Assembly (NCBI RefSeq): GCF_009914755.1
Contig: NC_060926.1
Reading direction: 5' to 3' (one strand)
Length of the DNA stretch: 64,000 bases
Source: the human T2T-CHM13v2.0 reference genome, Homo sapiens
The notes under the pieces were generated by a model that was not told where the DNA came from, made no database searches, and saw only the letters and a list, made by a program, of their open reading frames with translations. Numbering within the stretch: the first letter of the stretch is position 1; each line of letters starts with the position of its first letter. Made by a program: the position numbers and the translations under genes. Positions 51,459 through 63,034 of this stretch are shown in pieces.

Positions 51459-52799
51459 TTTGTGTTCCTTTTATCTGTTAGTCAACAAATATTTGTTGAC
51501 CTCTTGAGGAGACTCGAAGGCTGCAGCCTTGTTAATCATGATGAACACCAAGGTAGGGCCAGGCTCTTGAGCTCCTCTCATCTGCCTTCTGCAAGAGCTA
51601 CATGGTAACACCACATCAGATGGAAACTAATTTCTTGGGTTTTCCTAGGACTTCAGATATGCTCAAGCAAGAAACCATTACTAATGGGTCGGTTTAGTAT
51701 CTGTCTTGGAGTCTGGAGCAGATAGTAGCTGTCAATTGTTTTTTGATCACCGCAAAGGTACAGACATTGGAATGGAATCTATGTGAATGTGTTAGTTTTG
51801 GTCCATACTGAAAGTTTATTGAATGATGTGAACAATAATTATGCATATCAATACAAGTCAAATGAGTGAGTTAAGGAGCGATAAAGATGAATCTTCATAA
51901 ACAATGCATATTGCAACAATGTGGGTTTGGGATATTGTAGATATGGTTCCATATAGTTTTCACTAGGTTTGCACTGCGCTACGCTATGTTACTCCACATC
52001 ATTTCTCCCCATATCACAGCATCCCTTGCCACCGTACTACACATCTAGTGACATGGGTGGGTGAAAAGACAAAGGATCTCTTTGCATTTGCTATTCATTT
52101 TCTTCTAGGATCAGAGTCCAAATTTAAGTCTTTTTGATTATTTTCCAGGCTAAAATATGCATTTGACTTTTGCAGCATTTGATGGTCTCATGAGAGTCAA
52201 GATTTTCATGAATCTGTTGAAAAGTCAGTGGTCATTCCTTAAACAGGGAGGAGAGCCTCTTCAGTGAATACAATTGTTCATTATGTGTGACAGTAATGCA
52301 GGGACCACTATTACCAGGACATCCTCATCAGGGAGGCTTCCTTCGAATTAGAGCTTATGAATTCACTAGCGAATATCTTTTCCCAACAAACGTTGCATCT
52401 CAGAATTTCTCCAGCGTTTACATCTTGATTTTGGATTTTCTGTTTTACCTTTCACTTGTTTTGGGTGACGAAGTAATATTAAATTAGAGTAATTGTTATC
52501 CAAACAATGTGAGGAAAAAAAAATTATTATCTCCAATTGGAAAATTAGATAATGGAGTTAGATTTCTTTGCCTTTTTAAAAAATTAACAATTGCTACTCT
52601 TGTACCATTCTGAGGGAAATCAACAGCATTTAATTTCATTGTTTTCGGTTTTCTTTGCACTTGTTAAAGAAGAGACTAGTGAGATTGGAATCCTGGGCCT
52701 CCCTCCCGTTGGTCAGCAAGAAAAATGGAGGGTGTGCTTCAAGTTTTCCCAAACACAGGAGCTTAGGGACCTCTCCCTGCTCCTCAAGCAAGCCGTATG

Positions 52800-52960
52800 C
52801 ACAGTTGTCATCTGTGCTACAATGCCTGGCAGGCAACGGGGACACAGCCTTTACTAACAGGCAGTTGAGGAAGACTCAGTGACACCGTCACAGTTGCTGG
52901 CTCCAGTGCCACACCTGAAATGTGAGCACCAGAACAACACCTGGACGTTGCTATGAACTG
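52800..52960. promoter_or_regulatory. Candidate enhancer: dense E-box cluster in unique sequence
   Basis: Six CANNTG in 142 bp (52802, 52809, 52862, 52891, 52912, 52938); motif evidence only. Confidence 0.35.
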
Positions 52961-53568
52961 GGACCTGTGTTGAGGAACTCTCAGAGCTAGCCTCAGTTCT
53001 TTGGAAATGTGCTTGGTCACCTTCTCTATAGTTTTCTCGGCCCATTCCAGTGTGATGAAAATCTTGAGCCACAACAAGCAGACATTCTCACGTGAATTTT
53101 AAACCCTGTGCTTCATACCCTGCCCTGGCTCCCCATTCCCCGCTCCATGCTCCACCCCTCAGAAACAACGTTTTTGGGGTGGAACTGTAGCCCTTTGTTT
53201 TCCTTTCGTTAACTTTGCTGAAATTGTTTAAACCACGGTGACAGTCTTAGGAGGAAAATGACTATCCAATATAGCTTTTGTTTTCTAAGCTATAGATAAT
53301 TATAGATAATATAATATAAAACTAATTTTATGCATTATTATAATTATAGATAATTATAACTGAAAAAAGAGAAAATGAAATTTATTTCATTTTCATTACT
53401 ACTTTTCAGACCTCCCTTTCATCTATTTAAATAACCTTTGTGGCTCTGTACTATGACTTTTAAAAATAAATGCAAATATTTGTTAACCCACTAGACAGAT
53501 AGACGGATAGATAAATATATATCTATACATGGATATGTATATGAATACACACACACACACACACACAC

Positions 53569-53930
53569 AGATATCATTTGGCTGTGTCCCCATCAAATCT
53601 CATCTTGAATTGTAGTTCCCATAATCCCCATGTGACATAGGAAGGACCCAGTGGGAGGTAATTGAATTATGGGAGTGGTTATACGTATGCTGTTCTCGTG
53701 ATAATGAGTTCTCATGGGATCTGATGGTTTTATAAGGGGCTTTTCCCCCTTTTGCTTGGCACTTCTCTCTCCTGCTGCCATGTGAAGAAGGACATGTTTG
53801 CTTTCCCTTCCACCATGATGTTAAGTTTGTGAGGCATCCCCAGCTATGCTGAACTGTGAATCAATTAAAACTCTTTCTTTCCCCAGTCTTGGGTTTGTCT
53901 TTATTAGCAGAATGAGAATGGACTAATAGA
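53569..53930 (+). mobile_element. THE1D-type MaLR solo LTR inserted in a (CA)n tract
   Basis: GGCTGTGTCCCC...TATAAGGGGCTTTTCCCCC...GTGAAGAAGGACATGTTTGC...GACTAATAGA; CA repeats on both sides. Confidence 0.92.
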
Positions 53931-54038
53931 CACACACACTTATATACACACATACATATGTATACAAATATGCACAAACAGATATGTATATGCCTATAAC
54001 TATATCTGTCTATGTATTTTATGAACCAATCATTTCTT

Positions 54039-56239
54039 TATTCCTTTATTTTTTATTTTATTTAAGTTCTGGGATACAAGTACTGAACATGGAGGTTTGT
54101 TACATAGGTATACATGTGCAATGGTGGTTTGCTGCATCTATCAACCCATCATCTAGGCTTTAAGCCCCACTTACATTAGGTATTTGTCCTAATGCTCTCC
54201 CTCCTCTTGCCCCCCATGCACCAACAGGCCCCAGTATGTGATGTTCCCCAGCCTGTGTCCATGTGTTCTCATGGTTCAACTCCCACCTATGAGTGAGAAC
54301 ATGTGGTGTTTGGTTTTCTGTTCCTGTGATAGTTTGCTGAGGATGATGGTTTCCAGCTTCATCCATGTCCCTGCAAAGGACATGAACTCATCCTTTTTTA
54401 TGGCTGCATAGTATTCCAGGTGTATATGTGCCACATTTTCTTTATCCAGTCTGTAATTGATGGGCATTTGGGTTGGTTCCAAGTCTTTGCTATTGTAAAT
54501 AGTGCTGCAATAAACATATGTGTACATGTGTCTTTTTAGTAGAATAATTTATAATCGTTTGTGTATATATCTAGTAATGGGATTGCTGGGTCAAATGGTA
54601 TTTCTGGTTCTAGATACTTGAGGAATCACCACACTGTCTTCCACAATGGTTGAACTAATTTACACTCCCACAAACAGTGTAAAAGTCTTCCTATTTCTCT
54701 GCATCCTTGCCAGCATCCGTTGTTTCCAGACTTTTTTTTTTTTTTTTTGAGATGGAGTCTCACTCTGTCACCCAGGCTGGAGTGCAGTGGTGTGATCTTG
54801 GCTTACCTCAAGCTCTGCCTCCCGGGTTCATGCCATTCTCCTGCCTCAGCATCCTGAGTAGCTGGGACTACAGGAGCCCGCCACCACACCCAGTTAATTT
54901 TTTTGTATTTTTAGTAGAGATGGGGTTTCACCGTGTTAGCCATGATGGTCTTGATCTCCTGACCTTGTGATCCACCCGCCTCGGCCTCCCAAAGTGCTGG
55001 GATTACAGGTGTGAGCCACATGCCCGGCCTGTTTCCAGACTTTTTAATGATCCCCATTCTAACTGGCATGAGATGGTATCTCATTGTGGTTTTGATTTGC
55101 ATTTCTCTAGTGACCAGTGATGATGAGCATTTTTTCATATGTTTGTTGGCTACATAAATGTCTTCTTTTGAGAAGTGTCTGTTCATATCCTTCACCCACT
55201 TTTTTATTTTTTTTTTCTTGTAAATGTAAATTTGTTTAAGTTCCTTGTAGATTCTGGATGTTAGACCTTTGTCAGATGGATAGATTGCAAAAATTTTGTC
55301 CCATTCTATAGGTTGCCTGTTCACTCTGATGATAGTTTCTATTGCTGTGCAGAAGCTCTTTCATTTAATTGGATCCCATTTGTCAATTTTGGCTTTTGTT
55401 GCAATTGCTTTTGGTGTTTTAGCTATAAAGTCTTTGCCCATGCCTATGCCCGGAATGGTATTGCCTAGGTTTTATTCTAGAGTTTTTATGCTTTTAGGTT
55501 TTATGTTTAAATCTTTAGTTTATTTTGAGTTAATTTTTGTATAAGGTATAAAGAAGGGGTTCAATTTTTGTTTTCTGTATGTGGTCAGCCAGTTTTCCCA
55601 GCACCATTTATTAAATAGGGAGTCCTTTCCCCATTGCTTGTTTTTGTCAGGTTTGTCGAAGATCAGATGATTTTAGATGTGTGGTGTTATTCCTGAGGCC
55701 TCTATTCTGTTACATTGGTCAATGTGTCTGTTTTGGTACCAGTACCTTACCGTTTTTGTTATTGTAACCTTGTTGTATATTTTGAAGTCAGATGTCATGA
55801 TACCTGCAGCTTTGTTCTTTTCACTTAGGATTGTCTTGGCTATTCAGGCACTTTTTTGGTTCCATATGAAAATTAAAGTAGTTTTTTCTAGTTCTGTGAA
55901 GAAAGTCAATGGAGCTTGGTGGGAATAGCATTGAATCTACAAATTACCTTGGGCAGTGTGGCCATTTTCACTATATTGATTCTTCCTATTCATGAGCATG
56001 GATTTTTTTTTTCCATTTCTTTGCATCCTCTCTTATTTCCTTGAGCAGTGGCTTGTAGTTCTCCTTGAAGAGGTCCTTCACATCCCTTGTAAGTTGTATT
56101 CCTAGGTATTTTATTTTCATTGTAGCAATTGTGAATGGGAGTTCACTCATGATTTGGCTGTCTGCTTGTCTGTTATTAGTGTATAGGAATGCTTGTGATT
56201 TTTCCAGATCGATTTTGTATCCTGAGACTGCTGAAGTTG
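54039..56239 (-). mobile_element. L1PA8-like 5'-truncated LINE split by AluY
   Basis: ORF2 peptides ([29 protein letters not shown]; [23 protein letters not shown]); perfect 18-bp TSD ATGAACCAATCATTTCTT at 54021-54038 and 56240-56257. Confidence 0.95.
54737..55029 (-). mobile_element. AluY inside L1
   Basis: CAAGCTCTGCCTCCCGGGTTCATGCCATTCTC, CCGTGTTAGCC; TSD TGTTTCCAGACTTTTT at 54721-54736 and 55030-55045. Confidence 0.94.
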
Positions 56240-57388
56240 ATGAACCAATCATTTCTTAATGGAAAACATTGAAAGGTCACAGCATGATGAGAAAAAAAAA
56301 CATCATTGTCATGTAGTGTATCTAGCACAGGAAGTAGCTGGAAATGCCCTAACCTTGAAGTATTAAAATGATTCCAGTAAAGCAATGGTTTGAAGTCCCA
56401 ATAGTTTCCTTTCTTCCTCCTTTGGTCATTGAGGTGAATTAGGAATGTCTACTATGCAGATTTTTTGACATTTCTCATGGTTTCTGATTAGCTTCTTTCA
56501 TCATGGGCCCCTCTTCTTGCTGAGGACTGACTCCTAAACACAAAGCTCTCAAAAATCTCAACTTGTGCTTGGCACTTTCTGCCTCACTTCAGTGTCTCAG
56601 CTCTAGGGAATTTTGATGTCCTTCACAGTACCTGGCATATAGCAGGCTTTCAATGAACATTGGTCAGTGGAAAAATTGCTGATGAGTCTGGCCCCAGCTC
56701 ATATCTCCTGGCCATCCTGGTCATAGTCACTGCTGCAATGTTAGTTAATTCTTTCTGTCTTTATCCTATGAAGTATCTAGAAGATATAGTTATTTGAAAA
56801 AATTTTAAGGAAATTCAGTAAGTGTTTAAAGCCAGCTGGTTTTATTGTTTCAAAATTCTTCTTTCTGCCTGTTTTTTAAAGCCAAGGATCTCTGACTTTA
56901 CCACCTGAAGGGTAACTTTATCCCTGTGCTTAAATAATGTTAATTTTTCTTTTCTTTGATATAAATGGATTTCAAAATTATGATAAAACTTCAACACAAG
57001 TGAAAAATATAATTCTGTCTCCAGAAATGCTTCCACGGTGTATAAAATCTTGCCTGCACTTTAGGAAATAATCTTGTTATAAAACTGGCACACAAAATTA
57101 ATTAGTGTTCACCCTGTTTCCCTGCTGACCTCTGCCAGACTATGCACCCTGGGAAACCCCAGGGAAAGTGGAGGCAGCTTTCTACAGGCACAGGCCTGGG
57201 GCCCATGATTAACTTTTGGCTTTGAATTAAGCTTTTTTTTTTTTTTTTCCTGAGTAAATAGAAGCAACCGGCTGCATGTAGTCAGCAGTGCAGTTTAATG
57301 ATTGAAAAATATTGTAAATGTCACTTGCCTGTACACAATCCTGTTCACCTTTTTACAATGAGTTGAGAGGTTACCCCTTCCAGGAAGC

Positions 57389-57518
57389 CTTCCCCAGTCA
57401 CTCCTTCTGGTACTGTGCTATTTCCCCTTTGAATTCCTATGCCACTTGTGGTCTTCCCCAGTCACTCCTTCTGGTACTGTGCTATTTCCCCTTTGAATTC
57501 CTATGGCACTTGTGGTCT
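57389..57518. repeat. 64-bp tandem duplication
   Basis: Units start at 57389 and 57453; one mismatch (GCC/GGC). Confidence 0.95.
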
Positions 57519-57520
57519 GT

Positions 57521-57597
57521 AACATTCAATTCAGCTTTCAGTTCTTGGGTGCTTGTTACAAGAACATACAATTCAGCCTTCAGTCCTTGGATGCCTG
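57521..57597. repeat. Older imperfect tandem duplication, period 42
   Basis: AACATTCAATTCAGCTTTCAGTTCTTGGGTGCTTG versus AACATACAATTCAGCCTTCAGTCCTTGGATGCCTG. Confidence 0.85.
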
Positions 57598-58829
57598 AAC
57601 ACCGTTTCAGGTGGTTCCCTTCTTTCCTGGGTAGCAGTGAACTTGTTGAAGGCAGGGTTGAGCCACCTGAATAGGCAGGACATAAATATTTAATAAGCAT
57701 TTCCTAATCGACTTTTCCAGAATACACACAGGAATGAGTTGGACAGTAGACATAGCTATGTAGAGGCTTTGAAAAGAGATTTATAAGGCAGGATCTGGAA
57801 GCTGTGAGCAGTTTTGTTGTTTGTTTTCTAAAGAGGATTTCAATAATGCTCATAAGTTGTGTGTGTGTTGTTCATTGTACAGTGTTCTCAGTAACGTGTC
57901 ATCTGTCAGGAAGCTTTAGAATGTGACTATAAAACAATATTTCAGATTTTCACAGCATGTGCAAGGTTTCCATCTTTTGGGTCTCTCACTTACATTCTGG
58001 GCCAATGGACCTAAAGGCAAGGTGGGGAGGAAAACCCGAGTATACCACTAAGCTCCAGGGGCCAATTTCTGCTTGGATCTCACACACCTCTGAGGATGGT
58101 CTATTATCACCACCTTCTTTTCTTGGAAGAAGTAGATTGAGGGTGATGTTAATGGGATACACAGCGTTTGCCCTCATGTTACTCATAATATTCTTGGGAA
58201 GTCAAGATTCATGCTCAAATTATTTAGAAACTGATACAAGACATTCTGGAATTACAGTGAAACATGGTGGCTCTGCCTCTAGCATATAAGCTTATGTCCA
58301 AAACGCAAAGTTTACCGTGGTAAACCATGACCTGCCCAGAGGCTTGCCTGAGAGTAGCAGAGTACTCTATGGCTCCCTTGATCTAAATTTTTAAATATCC
58401 CCTGTATCAATCTGAAGACAACTAGTTTTGCCTTTCTGCATCAACACGAAATACAGGATATGTGCTTGGTAGCAGAACAAACCTATATCTCTGCACAATG
58501 GTTTGCTAGCACATTAGTTGACCTAATGAAAATAAATTTATAGGGAAGAAGAGAATGAAGGCTTATGGTATATGTTGCAGATTCTTTTATATAAGTGATT
58601 GGGCAAATTCATCAAAAACTGTGAATCAATGTGACTAAGATAACTTGAATAAGAGCCCCTACCCTTTCTCTCTCTCTTCAATCAATGCCATGACTGAAAG
58701 CACTAGAGGCAGACTAATTACATTTTTATTTGGTTCAAATTTAGGAGGTCAATTTAAGAAGCCATTTGACAGATAGGGCTCAAATAATTTTGCCAAACTA
58801 AAATAATAGGCTGAAACATGTACAAATTA

Positions 58830-59050
58830 CATATATTTAGTGTTTATTCTGTGCTAGACATAGAAGAAAGTAGGTTTATGCACTATCTCATTTACTATGT
58901 GGAAAAATACCTATGAAGTTTCTATAATTATGCCTAATCTGTAGATAAGGAAGCTGATGTTCAGAAAAGAGGCGCAATTTGCCCAGAGTCACATAATTAA
59001 TAGGTGGCAGAACCACGGTTTGAACCTGAGAAGTTAGTCATTATGCTATA
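58830..59050 (-). mobile_element. MIR SINE
   Basis: TGTAGATAAGGAAGCTGATGTTCAGA...ATTTGCCCAGAGTCACATAATTAATAGGTGGCAGAACC. Confidence 0.8.
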
Positions 59051-59124
59051 TTAAGTTTTTAGGTCTGTATTTTAGTTAAAATTAAAATTGGTCATTGTTT
59101 TTCAAGATTTGGAAAATATCATTA

Positions 59125-60465
59125 CAAATATTTCTGAGAAAAGGACTTTCAGATTTCACAAACTGTAAGTTTAGTCTGAACCAAAGCCACAAGGTGACTA
59201 TTTGAAAACTCAAATAAATTGGGGCTGCACAATGTCAAACTCAAGGAAAACAACAATTCCACTTGTCTCAAGACCTCATTCAGGGTTGTAGTGATTTTTT
59301 AAAAGAGACTTTAAAGAGGCATGTGTCCAGAAGAAGAAACTAATAAGATTTATGAAGCATCTGAAAAACATTGTCAAATTAATTCACATTAATGGGAGTA
59401 CTCTGTGATAGGTGTTACAGTATAATAATGAACAAAACCAAACTTATGTCAAGGAGCCTAGAATTTCAAGGAATTTAAGGTATTTATACCAAAGAAGTAG
59501 CTTGAAAGTAGGATGAGGTTTGATTCAATTACCAAAACATTTAAATACTTGGTGTATGTCACACATTATGCTGGGGAATAGAGATGCAGGGATGAACAAC
59601 TACATCACAGCATCTGCTCTCAAGGAGACCAGAGTCTAGGGCTGAGGGAGGTCCTGTACAGTCAGTTGTCATATGATGAGTACTGTATAGCCACGTGTTG
59701 CTTAACTATGGGGATAAGTTCTGAGAAATGTGTCATTAGGCAATTTCATCATTGTGTGAACATCATCAAGTATACATACACAAACCTAGATAGTATAGCC
59801 TACTGCACACCTAGGCTATGTGGTGTAGCCTATTGCTCCTAGGCTACAAACCTGGACAGCATGTTACTGTATTAAATGCTGTAGGCAACTGGAACATAAT
59901 GGTATATTTGTGCATCTGAACACAGCTAAATACAGAAAAGGTTTGGCAAAAATACAGTATTATACTCTTATGGGAACACCACACTGTATGTGGTCCTTCG
60001 TTGACTGAGACATAATTATGCATTGAATGACTACATTAGTAATATAAAGAGCAGACTAACATGCTGGGGTCATAGCAAAAGTCAGCAGAAGTACTTCTGT
60101 TTGTTTGAGGCAGGGGAGTGGAAGAGGGTCACTTAATAGCTTTCTGCAAATATTTTAGGAGCTGCTACTTGGTACCAGAAACAAATTTATTTTAAGAAAA
60201 TAAACACTTCTGGAGGGAGCATACGAGTTTGGAAATTGCACAGAAGAAAATTTCATTAAAAGGGGAAAATGTTTTCTAGAAAACAAGAGATGAGACAACA
60301 AAATAGGTTGTCTAATTTGTTGTCTACAACGAAAGAGTGGACTACCCCTCAGTAAACATGCCCAAGTGGAGTCTAGCCCACCACATCACATGGATGTTGT
60401 GGTCCAGTTTCCTGCCTTGGTGAAAGTTTAAATAATTTTTAAAGTCACTACGAATTCTGAGAATA
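59125..60465 (+). mobile_element. L3/CR1 LINE 3' region fragmented by L2 pieces and Tigger3a
   Basis: ACTGTAAGTTTAGTCTGAACC...GGCTGCAC...ATGTGTCCAGAAGAAG...CTGAAAAACATTGTCA; resumes at ~60133 with ATAGCTTTCTGCAAATATTT...TTCCTGCCTTGG...AATTCTGAGAAT. Confidence 0.7.
59688..60033 (-). mobile_element. Tigger3a (MER7A/GOLEM) DNA transposon
   Basis: GGGGATAAGTTCTGAGAAATG...CACAAACCTAGATAGTATAGCCTAC...CCTATTGCTCCTAGGCTACAAACCTG; TA target site. Confidence 0.9.
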
Positions 60466-61042
60466 CATTATTGGCACAATCAGCTTCCTAAATTAGAAGA
60501 GTTATTTGCAGAAAATATTGATTTGGCTTATTCTTTAAATATTTACAGGTGTGAGCCTAGCACTGTCTTGTGGGCACAGCCTTGCACCTGTATCTTCACA
60601 TTGTCTGGCCTGAGCTTATTTCAGGACTGAAACCTGTAAATTGTATTGTCCAGTAAGTGAAGAAATGATCATTGTCTGATGAGCCTGCACTCCAAAAGAC
60701 CGAAGCCGAGACATGGTACTACAGATTCTAATTAAGGCAGCACTGGTTTCCACAGTTCAGGTCAGGCACTTCTTATCTGGTCTCTGGTACTGCTATGATG
60801 GGGAATCGCACATGTTGTCAGCTGAGACACCCACACTTTCCTAAGGAGATTCTTTTAGTCTAAATTATTCTGGGGACATCTACAATCCTTTATCACTTTC
60901 TTTTTGGAGTAGTAGAAAGTCCAATGTACCAGAATCCAGGAACACTGGATTCAGTTTTTTGCTTTGTCCCTTAATATCCACGTGAATTCTCCTTTCAGAG
61001 ATTTGGTTTCCTTTTCTATAAATCATGAGAGGTGCATTAAAT

Positions 61043-61216
61043 CAGTAGCTTTAGACATTAGTCTGGCTTCTTTAAAGGTTTTTGGAGAGCTTTTAAACTA
61101 CCCATGCTGGAGTCTCAGCCTTAGGGAGTCTGATTCAGCCTTGAGTAGGATCAGGAAATAATATTTTTTAAGTTCTCTCGAGGAACCTGATGGTACAGCC
61201 CTATTTGGGAAATAGG
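61043..61216. mobile_element. MER5A-like element inserted into a MIR (MIR parts ~60930-61042 and 61217-61262)
   Basis: CAGTAGCT...GGAGAGCTTTTAAA...TCTGATTCAG...TTTTTAAGTTCTCTCGAGG...TTTGGGAAATAG; MIR tail TCTAGGTTCCTTTTCAGTTCTAAGATTCTATGA. Confidence 0.65.
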
Positions 61217-61299
61217 TTAGGTAATTTCTAGGTTCCTTTTCAGTTCTAAGATTCTATGAATTTGTGATTCTGTTTTTCCCTCCACAAGACTTCAGTAAT

Positions 61300-61362
61300 A
61301 CACACACACACACACACACACACACACGTATAATGTGTGTGTGTGTGTGTGTGTGTGTGTGT
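61300..61362. repeat. Inverted microsatellite pair (AC)14-GTATAA-(TG)14
   Basis: Direct reading. Confidence 0.95.
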
Positions 61363-62086
61363 CTTAAGAAGAAAAGGCTTTTACGCACCACAGCCCATGT
61401 GGAAAAATCCAATTCACCTGTGATTATAGGCGACATCATTTTATTTTAACAATTTCCCCTTCTAATGCAGCTCAGGTAGTTGGAAGAAATGTCCCCAAAA
61501 TGAAAAAGCTGAGAAGAATGAAATAAACATTTAGCCAAGTTAGTTCATAACCTCTCCCCAGCCCGCCCCCCATCTGCCGCCCTTCTAATTCCTTCTCTTC
61601 TTTCTGGTCTCAAACATTTAAGCAACACATAAGAGGAAAAAAGCTCTCCCTTAAGCCCATTTCTGAAATGGTTCTATTTTTAAACACTGCAGTTCATCTC
61701 AATTGTGCTCAAATTCAATTCACTTGTGATTGTCTGCTATATTATTTTCTTTATCAATTTCTCCCCAGACTCAGTGGGTTAGTGATTGAAATTTGAAAGC
61801 TTATGGGGGGAATAAAGTCCAAAATAGTATTGAGGAAAATGTGTCTTGAGTCTGTTGGCTGCAAGAAGCCCTTGCTTTCCCACAACACCCAATCCACCTT
61901 CATCCATAGTCTCTTGATAAACACCATCCAGCCAAAATGACTTAAAAATAAATTTAAATACATTGTTCCATGATCAAAATGGTTCTTTTCTCCCTAGCCA
62001 TAAAATATTTTATTTTCTGTTGTTGTAGTATATGCTTAATGCTTTGGCTAAGATTGTCCTCCTTTGTAAGACATCATTTAGAAATG

Positions 62087-62169
62087 GAGGAACCTGATGG
62101 TATAGCCTAATTTGGGAAATAGGTTAGGTAATTTCTAGGTTTCTTTTTAATTCTAAAATTCTAGAATTT
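62087..62169 (+). repeat. Dispersed ~83-bp copy of 61180-61263
   Basis: GAGGAACCTGATGGTA...TTTGGGAAATAGGTTAGGTAATTTCTAGGTT shared, about 90% identical. Confidence 0.92.
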
Positions 62170-63034
62170 ATATGCATTAAGCATATAATCATTGCTTAAT
62201 GACTGCTAAATTATTGCTGTGCTTTAGGTGAAATAAGGCATGGTATGTAGCTATGCACAGTATTAGGAATGTTGGCCTTTGGAATCTTCTTGAAATGGAA
62301 AGGTAACACTCATCCTGTTCCCAAACTGGTTTGGCCTCTGAACACAAAAAAGAACTTATTTCTAATAATAATTCTAGTTAATATCATATTTGCCAAACTT
62401 ATGATTTCATTAATTCAATGCAAAAGCACTCGCCAAGTGTATCAGGGATGATGAAATGAGCAGAAATTAACAAAATCGGGATGTACGGTTGAGTGTAAGG
62501 ATGCATAGTTCTAATACGTATTCATGAACATCTGTAAGATAGTTCTTCTCATTCTTGTCCAAGACCCCATCGGGTGGTGGAAGTGCCCACACTCAGGTAA
62601 GGATGTCCCCTATTATGCAGCTCAATGTTTACCTGTGTCTTCCTCACGGCATGCTTTCCTAGCACTTTCTTTTGTATTGTGTCATTGGCTGCTAAGGTTT
62701 ACTTATACCTGTTTGGACTTCAAAGCTGTAAGAGAGTACAGTGATCCACTGGAGCTCTAGAGTCTTACTTTACGGATGGATGGAATATCAGAGGCTGATC
62801 AGTACACCTTGTTCCAAACACATTAAACACATCCAAATCTTTGTTCAAAGTGAGATCTTTTATGTAAACCATGTTCTCCAAATTCTGCTTTCATAGATTC
62901 CACTCCTCTTTCTCTCCACTTATGAAAAATTTGTCCTTCATTTGAAGTCTGACACCTCTAAGAAGACTTCCCTGACCGCTTTCCCACTCAGTGTGAGCTT
63001 CCCTTGTATTCTTAATTCTTATGATATTTGATGT

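Noticed and set aside
52990-53095. Globin-like FFGNVLGHLL peptide
   Set aside because: Only about five matching residues, preceded by a stop codon, with no other globin motifs.
53285-53362. Repeated TATAGATAAT motifs
   Set aside because: Ordinary AT-rich low complexity.
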